A DNA stretch of 64,000 bases from a virus (IMGVR_UViG_3300027974_001530), one strand, 5' to 3'; shown: positions 28,776 to 38,536, counted from the stretch's first letter. Notes: a model not told the origin generated them from the sequence alone. Translations and numbers: made by a program.

Positions 28776-29225
28776 TTAAGATTCTTCTATCTGTTCTGAA
28801 TCTAACACTACCGTTGTATTTCTACCGGCAAATGCTGGTTCGTAAGCAGCAACTGATTTAAATGGAAAAAATTTGTTCATTTCATCACGTAAAGTACCTA
28901 TAATCCAAGATTGCATATTACTGGCCATAAGATTTGTTTTAAAATATATTTTAATACGTACTTTATCCGGTCTATTTCTATTAACCTCAAGAAAAGATAT
29001 TTCAACATCATCAAATTCCACAAAATTAATAAAGTTTTTAACTAACATTTCTTGGGTTTCAATATCGGTAACATCCAAATTTAATATTTTTACAACATTT
29101 TTAAATCCTCCAACAACACTAGATACAAAATGAATACCTTTAGTTTCAAATAAATTTCTAACACTCTTTTGAATATCGGTATCTTCTTCCCTTAATATTT
29201 TTAATATTTTTTGATTGTCAAACAT
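28776..29225 (-). CDS. tagged hypothetical protein
   Basis: ILKILREE tag; VGGFKNV shared with 32646..33143. Confidence 0.8.
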   Translation of the reverse strand: MFDNQKILKILREEDTDIQKSVRNLFETKGIHFVSSVVGGFKNVVKILNLDVTDIETQEMLVKNFINFVEFDDVEISFLEVNRNRPDKVRIKIYFKTNLMASNMQSWIIGTLRDEMNKFFPFKSVAAYEPAFAGRNTTVVLDSEQIEES

Positions 29226-29280
29226 ATTAAATAAATACATCGTAAAAATAAAAATAAACCCAACTTTTTGGTTAGGTTTA

Positions 29281-29880
29281 TTAATCCAATGATTTTGGTA
29301 GATACAACAATGTTGGGTTCTTTTTTTGAATATCTACGTCAGGAAACTTCTCACTAAAAGTCTTAACATCAAATCTACCTGTAATCAAATGCCACCCGTT
29401 TTTTGTTGGTATAACCGCTTCAATTTTTTTACCTTCGGGTCTAAGATAATTAATAAATTGCGATAGTTCAGTGACCGCATGAAAATCAGTTACGTCAATA
29501 TCAACAATCCATCTTTTCTCTTGAGTTTTAATTTGTCCAACAACTGAATCAAATAGACCCTTTTGATTTGATACACCATCTCTAATACGTTCAGCAAGTG
29601 ATGCTAACATATTTAACGATACATCTTTATGATTTTGTTTTTGTACGTGAATGTATGCTCGTGCTTTAAAGATCTCACATAGTTCTTTAATCTCATCATA
29701 CCTACGTTCCAAGTGTTCAATAGATTCAATACAATATGTTTTAATTGTACGAACTGACTGATGGTTATCTCTTTCTCCTTCAGGTTGATCTTTCTTACGT
29801 TTAAAAACATATAACATATAGAAATCCCCCTGTTCAGAAAAATTCAATAAAGGTTTAATAATTTCTAAATTGTTTATCAT
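29281..29880 (-). CDS. AEP (primase-polymerase) superfamily-like protein
   Basis: WIVDID (DxD) and TKNGWHL motifs. Confidence 0.55.
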   Translation of the reverse strand: MINNLEIIKPLLNFSEQGDFYMLYVFKRKKDQPEGERDNHQSVRTIKTYCIESIEHLERRYDEIKELCEIFKARAYIHVQKQNHKDVSLNMLASLAERIRDGVSNQKGLFDSVVGQIKTQEKRWIVDIDVTDFHAVTELSQFINYLRPEGKKIEAVIPTKNGWHLITGRFDVKTFSEKFPDVDIQKKNPTLLYLPKSLD

Positions 29881-30184
29881 TTTTTATAATTTTATATCCA
29901 TTCAATTTTATCCACCCTAAAAAATCAAGTGCGGTCCATTTGTTTGGATCTAATTCACCTAAAGGTCCGTCACCAAACTGATCAATAAATCCTTGGAGGA
30001 TATCTTTTTCTATTTCAAATCCTCTATTTTCACTTTCATTTATTTTAATCTTAACCATTTCAATGGCACATTTTTCACATTGGACTGCCTTTTTATCTCC
30101 TGAAAAAGTATTCTTACATGTAATACAATTACAGTGATAAAATCCAGAAGCAAATCCACCTATTGGATATTTTACTTCTCCCAC
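29855..30184 (-). CDS. zinc-finger protein
   Basis: CITC...CEKC. Confidence 0.75.
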   Translation of the reverse strand: MGEVKYPIGGFASGFYHCNCITCKNTFSGDKKAVQCEKCAIEMVKIKINESENRGFEIEKDILQGFIDQFGDGPLGELDPNKWTALDFLGWIKLNGYKIIKNDKQFRNY

Positions 30185-30423
30185 TATTCTTCAATATTAT
30201 TTATAAATGATTGTCGTTTAATTTTAACCAAACTCTCAAGTGGTTCAATAACTGTGTATTGATAATTTCTCCAATATTTGGCATTTTCGTTATTTATTAA
30301 TTGTTTTGCAAAATTACTAATCAATGTTTTAGCGGTAATTGTTTGTTGGTATGTCTCACAAGAATCAATTACCTTTTCAATCCATTTTGATACGTCTCCG
30401 TAGTGTGTGCTTCTTTTTTCCAT
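30184..30423 (-). CDS. hypothetical protein, paralog of 51700..51927
   Basis: KWIEKVIxSC motif; start 30423 preferred. Confidence 0.75.
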   Translation of the reverse strand: MEKRSTHYGDVSKWIEKVIDSCETYQQTITAKTLISNFAKQLINNENAKYWRNYQYTVIEPLESLVKIKRQSFINNIEE

Positions 30424-30425
30424 TT

Positions 30426-30923
30426 TTATAATTTTTTTAATATTAAACAACCTTCTTCATCCAATTTTGGTTTACCTGTAGTAATACAAACACCTTTTTT
30501 ATTTATACCATCACAATTCTTGTCTAAACACTCTTCAACTATCTCAACATCCCATTCAGTTTGTTGATTAGCTAAACTAAGATATTGTATTGTCAATCCT
30601 GTTTTTCTACTTTTTTCAATTATAGAAATAACATCATCCTCACTAAACTTCTTATCACCCATCAACTCTATCATAACTTCAATAGTTCTTTCTACTGCGG
30701 CTAATGTAAATGAATCAGGACATCCATCAAAACCATTAAATATTTTTTTCTTTATATCAACCAAATCATAACCACGTTCAATTTCTTTGCAGTTTTTGAT
30801 GGATAACATACCAACCTGATCATCTCTTGTTGTTCCTAATAGATAACCGGTGTCGTAAGTTCCTTTGGTTGGGTCAATTAAAATGTAGTTACCCTTATCT
30901 GTCTTAATTAGTTTTGCTTTCAT
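30426..30923 (-). CDS. hypothetical protein
   Basis: ORF track. Confidence 0.8.
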   Translation of the reverse strand: MKAKLIKTDKGNYILIDPTKGTYDTGYLLGTTRDDQVGMLSIKNCKEIERGYDLVDIKKKIFNGFDGCPDSFTLAAVERTIEVMIELMGDKKFSEDDVISIIEKSRKTGLTIQYLSLANQQTEWDVEIVEECLDKNCDGINKKGVCITTGKPKLDEEGCLILKKL

Positions 30924-30955
30924 AAGTTAATAATACAAAACTTTTTTTAAAAAAC

Positions 30956-30989
30956 AAAATCCCACAACCTGTTAAAGTGTGGGATTTTT
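30956..30989 (-). terminator. intrinsic terminator
   Basis: AAAATCCCACA...TGTGGGATTTT. Confidence 0.8.
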
Positions 30990-31019
30990 ATTGTTTGGTG
31001 TTGTGTTAATCTTATTGTA

Positions 31020-32228
31020 TTATATTTTTCCAAAATTAATGTAACTTGAGATATCATCTGCTTGGTCTCTTATTTTGTTAAATTCATATTGTAGTTCGTT
31101 AACCTCGTAAGTTATGTTTTTTAATTTTTTATCTAAATTTTCTTTTATTTTTAATAAATTATAGTACTTATCTTTTATCCCGTTAAATTCTAAAAATTGA
31201 TCAAAACTTTTTGGTTCTATTTTCATTACTCTATAATAATTCATAACAATATCATACAATTCTAAAGTTTCTTTTACAAATCTTACAGATTTTGTTGCAT
31301 TATAACTTCTTTTTGCGGTGTTCAACACTTTGTATTTTTCTTTAAGTAAATTATCTAACTCTTCATACCTAGACTTATTAAATTCTTGTTCCTTTTTATA
31401 CTGTTGATCATAATATTTTAAATAAAGATTATATGTATAATCTCTAATAAGTTCAATAAATGAACCTAAAATATTACTACCAATATATTTTCTAACAGTT
31501 CCAGGAGTTACCTCATCATCAATTGCATTCCAAAAAGCAAAATCACCTTTTTTACTATTTGCCAAAAAATTCTCTTTATACCTCCAATCAGTACTTGTTG
31601 GGGGGTCGTACTGAATTGCAATTTTAAAGTAGTTTTTAGATTTTTTCTTTCCTGGTATTGGTTCTCTTAATTTATCTATAACAAAGAAAAATAAATTTAC
31701 ATCACTATAATTTTCAAAATAATTGTTTGTGTTTGATGCAATACACCATTTAGTATTTGATCCATATTTACAGGAAGCCTCTTTATTTTTTGGTCTTACC
31801 AAAACATACTTATCGTCTTCATATAATTTTTCAACACCGGATAATTCAAGTTCTTTTTTTGTGATTTTTGTTATTGCCTCTTCATATTTTTTTTCAAATT
31901 CCTCATAACTATATTGGTAAATGTCTTTTTTTTCAAACTTATGTTGATTTTTATCAAAATAATTAATCATTAATATTAAATCTTCAATTTCTGTGGTTAA
32001 ATCTTTTTGATCTCTTTCAATTAATACTTTTGATATCCAATTAAAATATTTTTTGGTTGGGGATGGGTCTAAATTATAAGCATCTTTTATAATATCATTA
32101 TATGTGTCATTATATTTTTTTTCATAATATTTAAGTAAATCGTCAAGTTTACTTTCAGATAAAATGGTTTTATTTGATAAGAAATTTGTTAAACCATTAA
32201 TTCTTTTTATCTCTTCTCTTAAATTCAT
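31020..32228 (-). CDS. tagged protein with SCxYG..TKWC domain, paralog of 58866..59912
   Basis: MNLREEIKRI...ILSES; ASCKYGSNTKWCIA. Confidence 0.85.
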   Translation of the reverse strand: MNLREEIKRINGLTNFLSNKTILSESKLDDLLKYYEKKYNDTYNDIIKDAYNLDPSPTKKYFNWISKVLIERDQKDLTTEIEDLILMINYFDKNQHKFEKKDIYQYSYEEFEKKYEEAITKITKKELELSGVEKLYEDDKYVLVRPKNKEASCKYGSNTKWCIASNTNNYFENYSDVNLFFFVIDKLREPIPGKKKSKNYFKIAIQYDPPTSTDWRYKENFLANSKKGDFAFWNAIDDEVTPGTVRKYIGSNILGSFIELIRDYTYNLYLKYYDQQYKKEQEFNKSRYEELDNLLKEKYKVLNTAKRSYNATKSVRFVKETLELYDIVMNYYRVMKIEPKSFDQFLEFNGIKDKYYNLLKIKENLDKKLKNITYEVNELQYEFNKIRDQADDISSYINFGKI

Positions 32229-32248
32229 ATTAATAAATATCCCTTATA

Positions 32249-32641
32249 CTAATAATTGTATTCATCATCATCATCGTCTTCTTCATCCCAAGTGATAGGC
32301 TCATCATCGTCTTCAATAGTACCTAAATTACTACCTGATTCAACCCAAACTTCAAAAGGTGTTGAAAGTCCACAATTTTCAACATACTGAATAAAAAATT
32401 CTTCCAAATATGAATCGTCTTTAAAAATTCTAGATATTTGGTCATAGATTTCTTTTTGTACCGATAATGATTTATCTGGTTTAACTATTAAAAATATAAC
32501 AGTGTTTCCCGGAGTTGCAAGATATTCCATTCCATAACGTTTGTTTTCCCAAGGTCTTAAATCCAACCTTGAGAGGAATAGTTTTGCGATCTCTTGTTTA
32601 TCTATAGTTTCTTTTAATATATGTCTAATATTTTCTTTCAT
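32249..32641 (-). CDS. tagged hypothetical protein
   Basis: MKENIRHILKE. Confidence 0.8.
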   Translation of the reverse strand: MKENIRHILKETIDKQEIAKLFLSRLDLRPWENKRYGMEYLATPGNTVIFLIVKPDKSLSVQKEIYDQISRIFKDDSYLEEFFIQYVENCGLSTPFEVWVESGSNLGTIEDDDEPITWDEEDDDDDEYNY

Positions 32642-32645
32642 AGTC

Positions 32646-33143
32646 TTACATATTTAATAATTCTGCACTAAACCCATTAAAAAAATTTAATTTAATTTCT
32701 TTAAAATATCTTCTAAAATACTCATCCACAATTTCACTAACTTCATTTTTTATTTGCCAATATTCTTCAAAATCTTGCATTTCTTTACTTAAAAGATCAT
32801 AAGTTTTATCTGTTGTCATAATTAAAGTTACCTTACCATATAAAACATCAAAATTAACTTCTAAAAAATCATCTTCATCATAATTATTAATTTCCCTAAC
32901 TTTAAAAGTAAAATCATATCCACCAACTTGTATTTTAAATTCTAACTTTCTAACGTCAATTTCTTTACCTATAAACTCTTTTTTTAAAAGATCTATTTCT
33001 GACATTTTAACTATTTTAGAAACGTTTTTGATTCCTCCAACTTTTCTACAAACCATTAACAATCCTTCATTATTAATCATTTTTAAAAATTGATCACCTA
33101 AATTTAATTCTTCTTTTAAAATATTTCTTATTAGATTTTTCAT
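32646..33143 (-). CDS. tagged hypothetical protein
   Basis: MKNLIRNILKEE. Confidence 0.85.
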   Translation of the reverse strand: MKNLIRNILKEELNLGDQFLKMINNEGLLMVCRKVGGIKNVSKIVKMSEIDLLKKEFIGKEIDVRKLEFKIQVGGYDFTFKVREINNYDEDDFLEVNFDVLYGKVTLIMTTDKTYDLLSKEMQDFEEYWQIKNEVSEIVDEYFRRYFKEIKLNFFNGFSAELLNM

Positions 33144-34009
33144 CCCTCTGTAATCTCTATATAATTGAAATGTTTATCTATATTAAAACCAAAGGATTCA
33201 ATAACATTATGAACAAACTGTTCAACCAATCCTACAATACCTTCTTTAAATTCATGATAAGAATAAAAATCATCAAATGGATTATTACCTGTTGAAAAAT
33301 TTATGTCTTGTCCTGATTCTGGATCATAAAATGTACCTTCTAATACAATAAAATTGGCGTCTAAATCTATATAATTTTTAGTTGGGTTTAATAGGTTTTC
33401 TTCATCCTCTTCACTAAATTCAACTTTATCAAATTTAATAGTTAGTTTACCATCAAAAAAATCACCCATGACTTGTATCATTTCTCTTTCAGTAAATGTA
33501 TTATCCATTAGGTATTTAGTTATTATTTCAGTTCTACTATTACCATCATAACCCATATATTCCATAAAAAATAGAATTATCTCATTTTTTTTTGAACCCA
33601 ATCCAAGTTTACTTATATCATATATGTTTGGTATTTTACCTTGTTTTTTTTCTTGGTCCCATTTATTGAAAAAGAATTTTTTAAGTTGGTCTATATTATT
33701 AGACTCCTGTATTTGATTTTTTCCTGTTTTTCTAAAATTATAATAATATGCCTTTAATAAAGGATCATAAATCTCAATCATATATACTATATACCCATCA
33801 ACTTCATTTGTTGGTAACTCATCTATATTGATATTGTATTTGTAAAAAATGTAATTTTCTAATGTTGCTTTAACTAATCTCCATTTAAACTCCTCAAGAG
33901 ATTCGGATTCATAAAAAATATAACTAGTTCCTTTCCTCATCATTTTTTCAAATTTATGATGATCAATTCTTCTCACAAAAAAAGGCGAAATATTATGATT
34001 GTTATCCAT
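33140..34009 (-). CDS. two-module protein (RR module plus module paralogous to 40152..40718)
   Basis: Start reassigned to 34009; IQES junction; KKFFFNKW..GKIP. Confidence 0.8.
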   Translation of the reverse strand: MDNNHNISPFFVRRIDHHKFEKMMRKGTSYIFYESESLEEFKWRLVKATLENYIFYKYNINIDELPTNEVDGYIVYMIEIYDPLLKAYYYNFRKTGKNQIQESNNIDQLKKFFFNKWDQEKKQGKIPNIYDISKLGLGSKKNEIILFFMEYMGYDGNSRTEIITKYLMDNTFTEREMIQVMGDFFDGKLTIKFDKVEFSEEDEENLLNPTKNYIDLDANFIVLEGTFYDPESGQDINFSTGNNPFDDFYSYHEFKEGIVGLVEQFVHNVIESFGFNIDKHFNYIEITEG

Positions 34010-34105
34010 ATAGTATATAAATACCTTAATGAATATATTTGTCACTGTGTTTTACTCATAAATCTTTTTAATCAACTAACATGGTAAAAGAATGTAAAAA
34101 AGGTA

Positions 34106-34132
34106 AAAACCCATCTTAAAGTGGATTTTTTT
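34106..34132. terminator. probable intrinsic terminator
   Basis: AAAAACCCA-TCTTAAAG-TGGATTTTT. Confidence 0.5.
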
Positions 34133-34182
34133 ATTGTGATTATCCTATTGAATCTAACTTATAAAATATCTAATTTTAATTT

Positions 34183-34521
34183 ATGGATGACGTTACAAAA
34201 TATTTCCCAATATTTGATAAATTTTTAAATGAAATGTCGTATGGGTCTATATCCAATGTTGAGTTTATTAATGTAGAAAAGTTCTTTGACCGTACTGTTT
34301 TTATTGCCGAAACAAAGTTTGGTGAAGAGTTTGTGGTTAACCAAAGACGTATTAATTGTAAAATGGTTATTGGTGTTAATACATATAATTACCGTTGGTC
34401 TTACAATAAAAGTTTATTAGAAAAACAATTTGTTTCGATGTTTAAAAGACAATTTAAAAGTATAGACTTTGATTATTGTCAGGTCGTTATTGAATCTGCT
34501 AATATGATTTCAAGTTATTAA
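34183..34521 (+). CDS. hypothetical protein
   Basis: ORF track; occupies its own intergenic slot. Confidence 0.6.
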   Translation: MDDVTKYFPIFDKFLNEMSYGSISNVEFINVEKFFDRTVFIAETKFGEEFVVNQRRINCKMVIGVNTYNYRWSYNKSLLEKQFVSMFKRQFKSIDFDYCQVVIESANMISSY

Positions 34522-34972
34522 CAAATCTTTTTATTTCACGATTTGATATAAATTCCTCAGTGTCTTTTTTTACTTGTTCTTGATCACATTCGTTATTATC
34601 AAAGAACAAGTTAGGTATCCCATTACTTTCACCTTCTTTAATTGTTAGTTCTATAAAATCAGGAAGATATTTTACTGCTTCTGATTCATATTTTTCTATT
34701 TTATTAATTACGTCATCATAATCATGTACTCCTTTTGAATCGATATAATGGTCCCCTATTTTTATGTAAACGTGTATTAAATGATATTCAATAACTTCAT
34801 TTGTGTCCAAGACTAATTCTTCGGCAATAACCAAATAATAAGTTATATCTTTATTGGGTAATAGTTTTTGCAATTTTTCTTTAACATTCATTGCAAAATA
34901 ATGACAAAAACCAAACTGATAATCGTAAAAATTCCGATTTTCTCTTAAAATTTTTACAATTAAGTTTTTCAT
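34499..34972 (-). CDS. tagged papain/transglutaminase-like Cys-His-Asp protein
   Basis: MKNLIVKILREN; GFCHYFA...HVYIKIGDHYIDSKG. Confidence 0.6.
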   Translation of the reverse strand: MKNLIVKILRENRNFYDYQFGFCHYFAMNVKEKLQKLLPNKDITYYLVIAEELVLDTNEVIEYHLIHVYIKIGDHYIDSKGVHDYDDVINKIEKYESEAVKYLPDFIELTIKEGESNGIPNLFFDNNECDQEQVKKDTEEFISNREIKRFVNNLKSY

Positions 34973-35691
34973 AACTTGGAATCTATTTCTCTCCCTATTG
35001 TTTCGTATATTTTTAAATTACCGTGTGGATCTGAAACTTTACCAATTGGCGTATTTATAATTTTTGCTCCTTGGTTTTTGAATACGTTATAATACCTCTC
35101 AACATTTGATTCTTTAGTATCTTTGTTTCCTCCCCATCCCCAAGATCCCTGAACAACGTAAAAATTGGCCTTAGGGAAAGTTTTTTCTAAGTTGTCAAAC
35201 AACCCACTGATGTCGTCATTGGTGTTGAATCCTCCGTTGGTACCAATACTTATGATCACATTTTTAACGGTGTCATCCGTCTCATATTTTTTAACTGCAT
35301 TTTTTAACCAACTTACACCTATTCCACCTAACCATAAAGACTCTTCGCTACCTTTAGTTGATATTCTACTTGCCTTATCGGTCTTATTATCAATGTATGG
35401 AACCTGTGAGTCACCAATTATAATGTTTTTATTTTCTATTTTAGAGTTTTCAGACGAAAATGATTTCTTTTCTACTTCTTTTTTTATTTCTTTTTCAACC
35501 TCATCTTTGGTGGGTTCTTTTCCTTTAAACTTACTCATTATTTTTTTAAGAATATACCCCACCGCGGCACCTCCCAAAACATATTTACCTATTGTACCTA
35601 AAATACTAAATAAACCTTCATTAATTGGTTGATTTTTTAACTTGTTATTAACAAGTTTTTTAAATTGTTCTTCTGTTATTTTTATTTTCAT
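34969..35691 (-). CDS. tagged SGNH/GDSL-type hydrolase with N-terminal hydrophobic helix
   Basis: IIGDSQ, SIGTNG, SDPH motifs. Confidence 0.7.
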   Translation of the reverse strand: MKIKITEEQFKKLVNNKLKNQPINEGLFSILGTIGKYVLGGAAVGYILKKIMSKFKGKEPTKDEVEKEIKKEVEKKSFSSENSKIENKNIIIGDSQVPYIDNKTDKASRISTKGSEESLWLGGIGVSWLKNAVKKYETDDTVKNVIISIGTNGGFNTNDDISGLFDNLEKTFPKANFYVVQGSWGWGGNKDTKESNVERYYNVFKNQGAKIINTPIGKVSDPHGNLKIYETIGREIDSKL

Positions 35692-35755
35692 TTTTTTATT
35701 TAATAAATATTTGGTTAATCTTTTTAAATACTTTATTTTTGTATAAAATATAATT

Positions 35756-35884
35756 ATGAAAAAAAATTCTTGGTCTTTTATTTTTACAATCTGTGAGATG
35801 TTAATAATGTTTTTACTATCAATGGGATTGACCGCTGCGTTGTATTCTATTTTTTTTATTGTTTATGTTTTTTTGATTAAATAA
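35756..35884 (+). CDS. 42-aa membrane peptide
   Basis: Manual translation MKKNSWSFIFTICEMLIMFLLSMGLTAALYSIFFIVYVFLIK; TATTTTTG at 35734-35741. Confidence 0.6.
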   Translation: MKKNSWSFIFTICEMLIMFLLSMGLTAALYSIFFIVYVFLIK

Positions 35885-35904
35885 AAATTAGTGACCAAAA
35901 TATT

Positions 35905-38349
35905 TTAATATTTAATTCCGTCATAAATTAAAGAATTCTTCTCAACTGTTGTTGGTCCTGGTGTGTTCCTAAACATTGGTTCGTTATAATTAATTTGATT
36001 GGTGGTTTTATCTAACCTACCTTGAGGTGGAAAAATAATAATATTATTTTTTGAGTCAACTACTGCTGCCAATCCACTATTTAATGGTATACCTGGTGAC
36101 CTAAAATTAATAACTTTATTACCTGTTATGGGTGATACTTCATTTTTGAAAAAATTATAATAAGAGTCTTCGGATATTGATTTAACTGAAACAACGTCAA
36201 CTTTACCGTTTGGTGATTTAACAATCATATCAACACCAGCTTTATCTAAAGCATTACCTTTTCCTCCTCTCCATAAAACACTATACCCTAAATCCTCAAA
36301 TTTTTTTGCAATCAAATCTTCACCAAAATCTCCTCTTTTTGTATTCACAATAGAATTTTTTGTATATCTTTTTGTATTTTTAGAAATTTTTTCTTTCATT
36401 TTGGTTTTATTATTTTTCATGTAGTCCATAGTGTCTTTAAATAATTTTTCTATTTCTTTTTCATCTAAAAGTTGCATATCATTTATATTCTTTATTCGAT
36501 AATTACCTTCATTCAATTTATCTTGTAAAACATCTCTGAAAAATGTTTTTCTATCACCAGAATTTGTATTTAACATATTTATTGGTAACCATTCTTCATT
36601 TTCAGTAACATATTTATATTTTCCATTATCTAAGTTTTTAAAAAAGTTTTTTAATTCTGGAACTGATTCTATCGCATTTTTAATATCTTCCGTTACTCCG
36701 TTTGGAAAGGTATTGTCCACATCCGAAACTACTAATTTGACTTTTACACCATCTTCTAATTCGGATAAAATATCTTGGATTGTTTTTGTAAATTCTGTTC
36801 CATTATATCCTCGTAAATAATCACCGATTGATTTATTTAAATTATTTAATGAGGTTTCAGTTCTAAAAACATTATCAGTAAGATCAACTTCCTCACCTCG
36901 TAAATATTTTTCTACATCGTCAACTAAATTTTGTTGGAACTTTCCTAATTTTTTTTGGTTTTTTAAATATAGATAATTATTTGTTACTACTTCGCCTAAA
37001 TCCTCTAAACTTCTACTTTCACCGGGTAAATTTTTATTCATCATAGATAGATATTCTTCCATTGTACTTAATCCCATTTCAGATCTTTTAGCATTAAGTT
37101 TAGTTAAAAAATTAACATCATCTAATAATTTTTGTGGAGTTTCAAAAAAATAAAGTTTACCATCCATTTCTATTGGTCTAGGTATCCAATAATTACCATC
37201 AGAAGTAACACCCCCTTGTGATCCATATTTTTGTACTCCACTTGAAATTTCTGAAAAATTTAAATCTCCCGTTTTATTTACACTTATTCTGTCTTCCAAC
37301 ATTGCCATCCCTTTTTTAATTTTTAACTCTTGGTCAGGAAATTTATTTATAAAGTTTTCTTTATTTGTATCAAATAAGTTAAACATACTTTTTTGGAACT
37401 CTAAATCGTTGTCAGCATGTTGGGTTATTAACCAAATTGCTTCAATGTCTTCAATTTTATCTATACTTGATATAAAATTTTGTGGGTCGTCCCCCATTAT
37501 TTTTTTTAATTGTTCTTGATTTTTTATATCAACAGTTATGTCAAAAATTTCACTTTGTCTCATTGTTTGATCTAACTCAATCATTTTTGATAAATCTTGA
37601 CTATTTTTTTTAGGATTAACTATATCGTTTATTTGATTAACAACATTATTGTCTATTTTGTTTGCAAAATCTAATTCTTCATTTTTAATTTTTAATAAAT
37701 GTTCGTCAGGGCTTGTTTTTTTTAAAATATCATCACTTATTTTTTTTAAATAATCGTAAAGACCATCTGTTTTATTTTTATAATTAAGTTTTAAATTTTC
37801 TAAATTGACATTAAAAATGCCCCACAACTCGTCTTGACCTCCAAATATATCTGATTTCTCAACTCCACCTTTTTGTTCAATGTTAGATAACACATCAAAT
37901 ACCGTCAAATTTCCTCCTGTATTTGGTTTTGTGTTTTTTAAAAATTTTTGTACATCTGCGGATGTTTTTATAAGATTAGACCCTATTTTTGCACTTTTTT
38001 CTGATAATTCTTTTGCTAATAATCTTTCGGTTTTGGCTAAAACTGATTTTATTGTGTCTGTTCCTCCGTTCTTTAAAAAGTTTTTTAAACTTGCTATTGT
38101 TACCGCATCAGTTAAATTACCAGTAATTTTACCGTCCGAAGAATTAATTAAAGCCCTAAGTAAATTTTGATCCTCTTCTGATAAATTTTTAAAAAATACG
38201 GTTGCCTCATCATCTGATAATTTTAAAAGACTAATTAAAAGTTCTTGTAATCTTGGTCCTCCTGAAGAAGATAAAGATTCATTTAAAACCTCAGATTTAA
38301 TTCCCATTAACTCACGTATCCTACTTATTTCCGTTAAAAGTTTACTCAT
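35905..38349 (-). CDS. tagged 814-aa multidomain protein: DUF6624-like domain plus C-terminal PD-(D/E)xK-like nuclease
   Basis: WLITQHADNDLEFQ...QKYGSQ; GDFGEDL...GVDMI...VSVKS. Confidence 0.7.
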   Translation of the reverse strand: MSKLLTEISRIRELMGIKSEVLNESLSSSGGPRLQELLISLLKLSDDEATVFFKNLSEEDQNLLRALINSSDGKITGNLTDAVTIASLKNFLKNGGTDTIKSVLAKTERLLAKELSEKSAKIGSNLIKTSADVQKFLKNTKPNTGGNLTVFDVLSNIEQKGGVEKSDIFGGQDELWGIFNVNLENLKLNYKNKTDGLYDYLKKISDDILKKTSPDEHLLKIKNEELDFANKIDNNVVNQINDIVNPKKNSQDLSKMIELDQTMRQSEIFDITVDIKNQEQLKKIMGDDPQNFISSIDKIEDIEAIWLITQHADNDLEFQKSMFNLFDTNKENFINKFPDQELKIKKGMAMLEDRISVNKTGDLNFSEISSGVQKYGSQGGVTSDGNYWIPRPIEMDGKLYFFETPQKLLDDVNFLTKLNAKRSEMGLSTMEEYLSMMNKNLPGESRSLEDLGEVVTNNYLYLKNQKKLGKFQQNLVDDVEKYLRGEEVDLTDNVFRTETSLNNLNKSIGDYLRGYNGTEFTKTIQDILSELEDGVKVKLVVSDVDNTFPNGVTEDIKNAIESVPELKNFFKNLDNGKYKYVTENEEWLPINMLNTNSGDRKTFFRDVLQDKLNEGNYRIKNINDMQLLDEKEIEKLFKDTMDYMKNNKTKMKEKISKNTKRYTKNSIVNTKRGDFGEDLIAKKFEDLGYSVLWRGGKGNALDKAGVDMIVKSPNGKVDVVSVKSISEDSYYNFFKNEVSPITGNKVINFRSPGIPLNSGLAAVVDSKNNIIIFPPQGRLDKTTNQINYNEPMFRNTPGPTTVEKNSLIYDGIKY

Positions 38350-38536
38350 AACTTTCCCAAAATTTTAATAATTCTTTGTCTTTATATCTTTTTACTTTTT
38401 GATCCCAACCACATATATAACAGATAAAAGGATGATCATCATTTTTTTTCATTTTCCATGAATGATCACACTTTTTACAAACTATGTTATCTCCAAATAA
38501 TTTATCTGACTGTCTTTCTGTAATTATAATTTTCAT
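38342..38536 (-). CDS. tagged zinc-ribbon protein
   Basis: MKIIITERQ; CKKC...CYIC. Confidence 0.8.
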   Translation of the reverse strand: MKIIITERQSDKLFGDNIVCKKCDHSWKMKKNDDHPFICYICGWDQKVKRYKDKELLKFWESYE

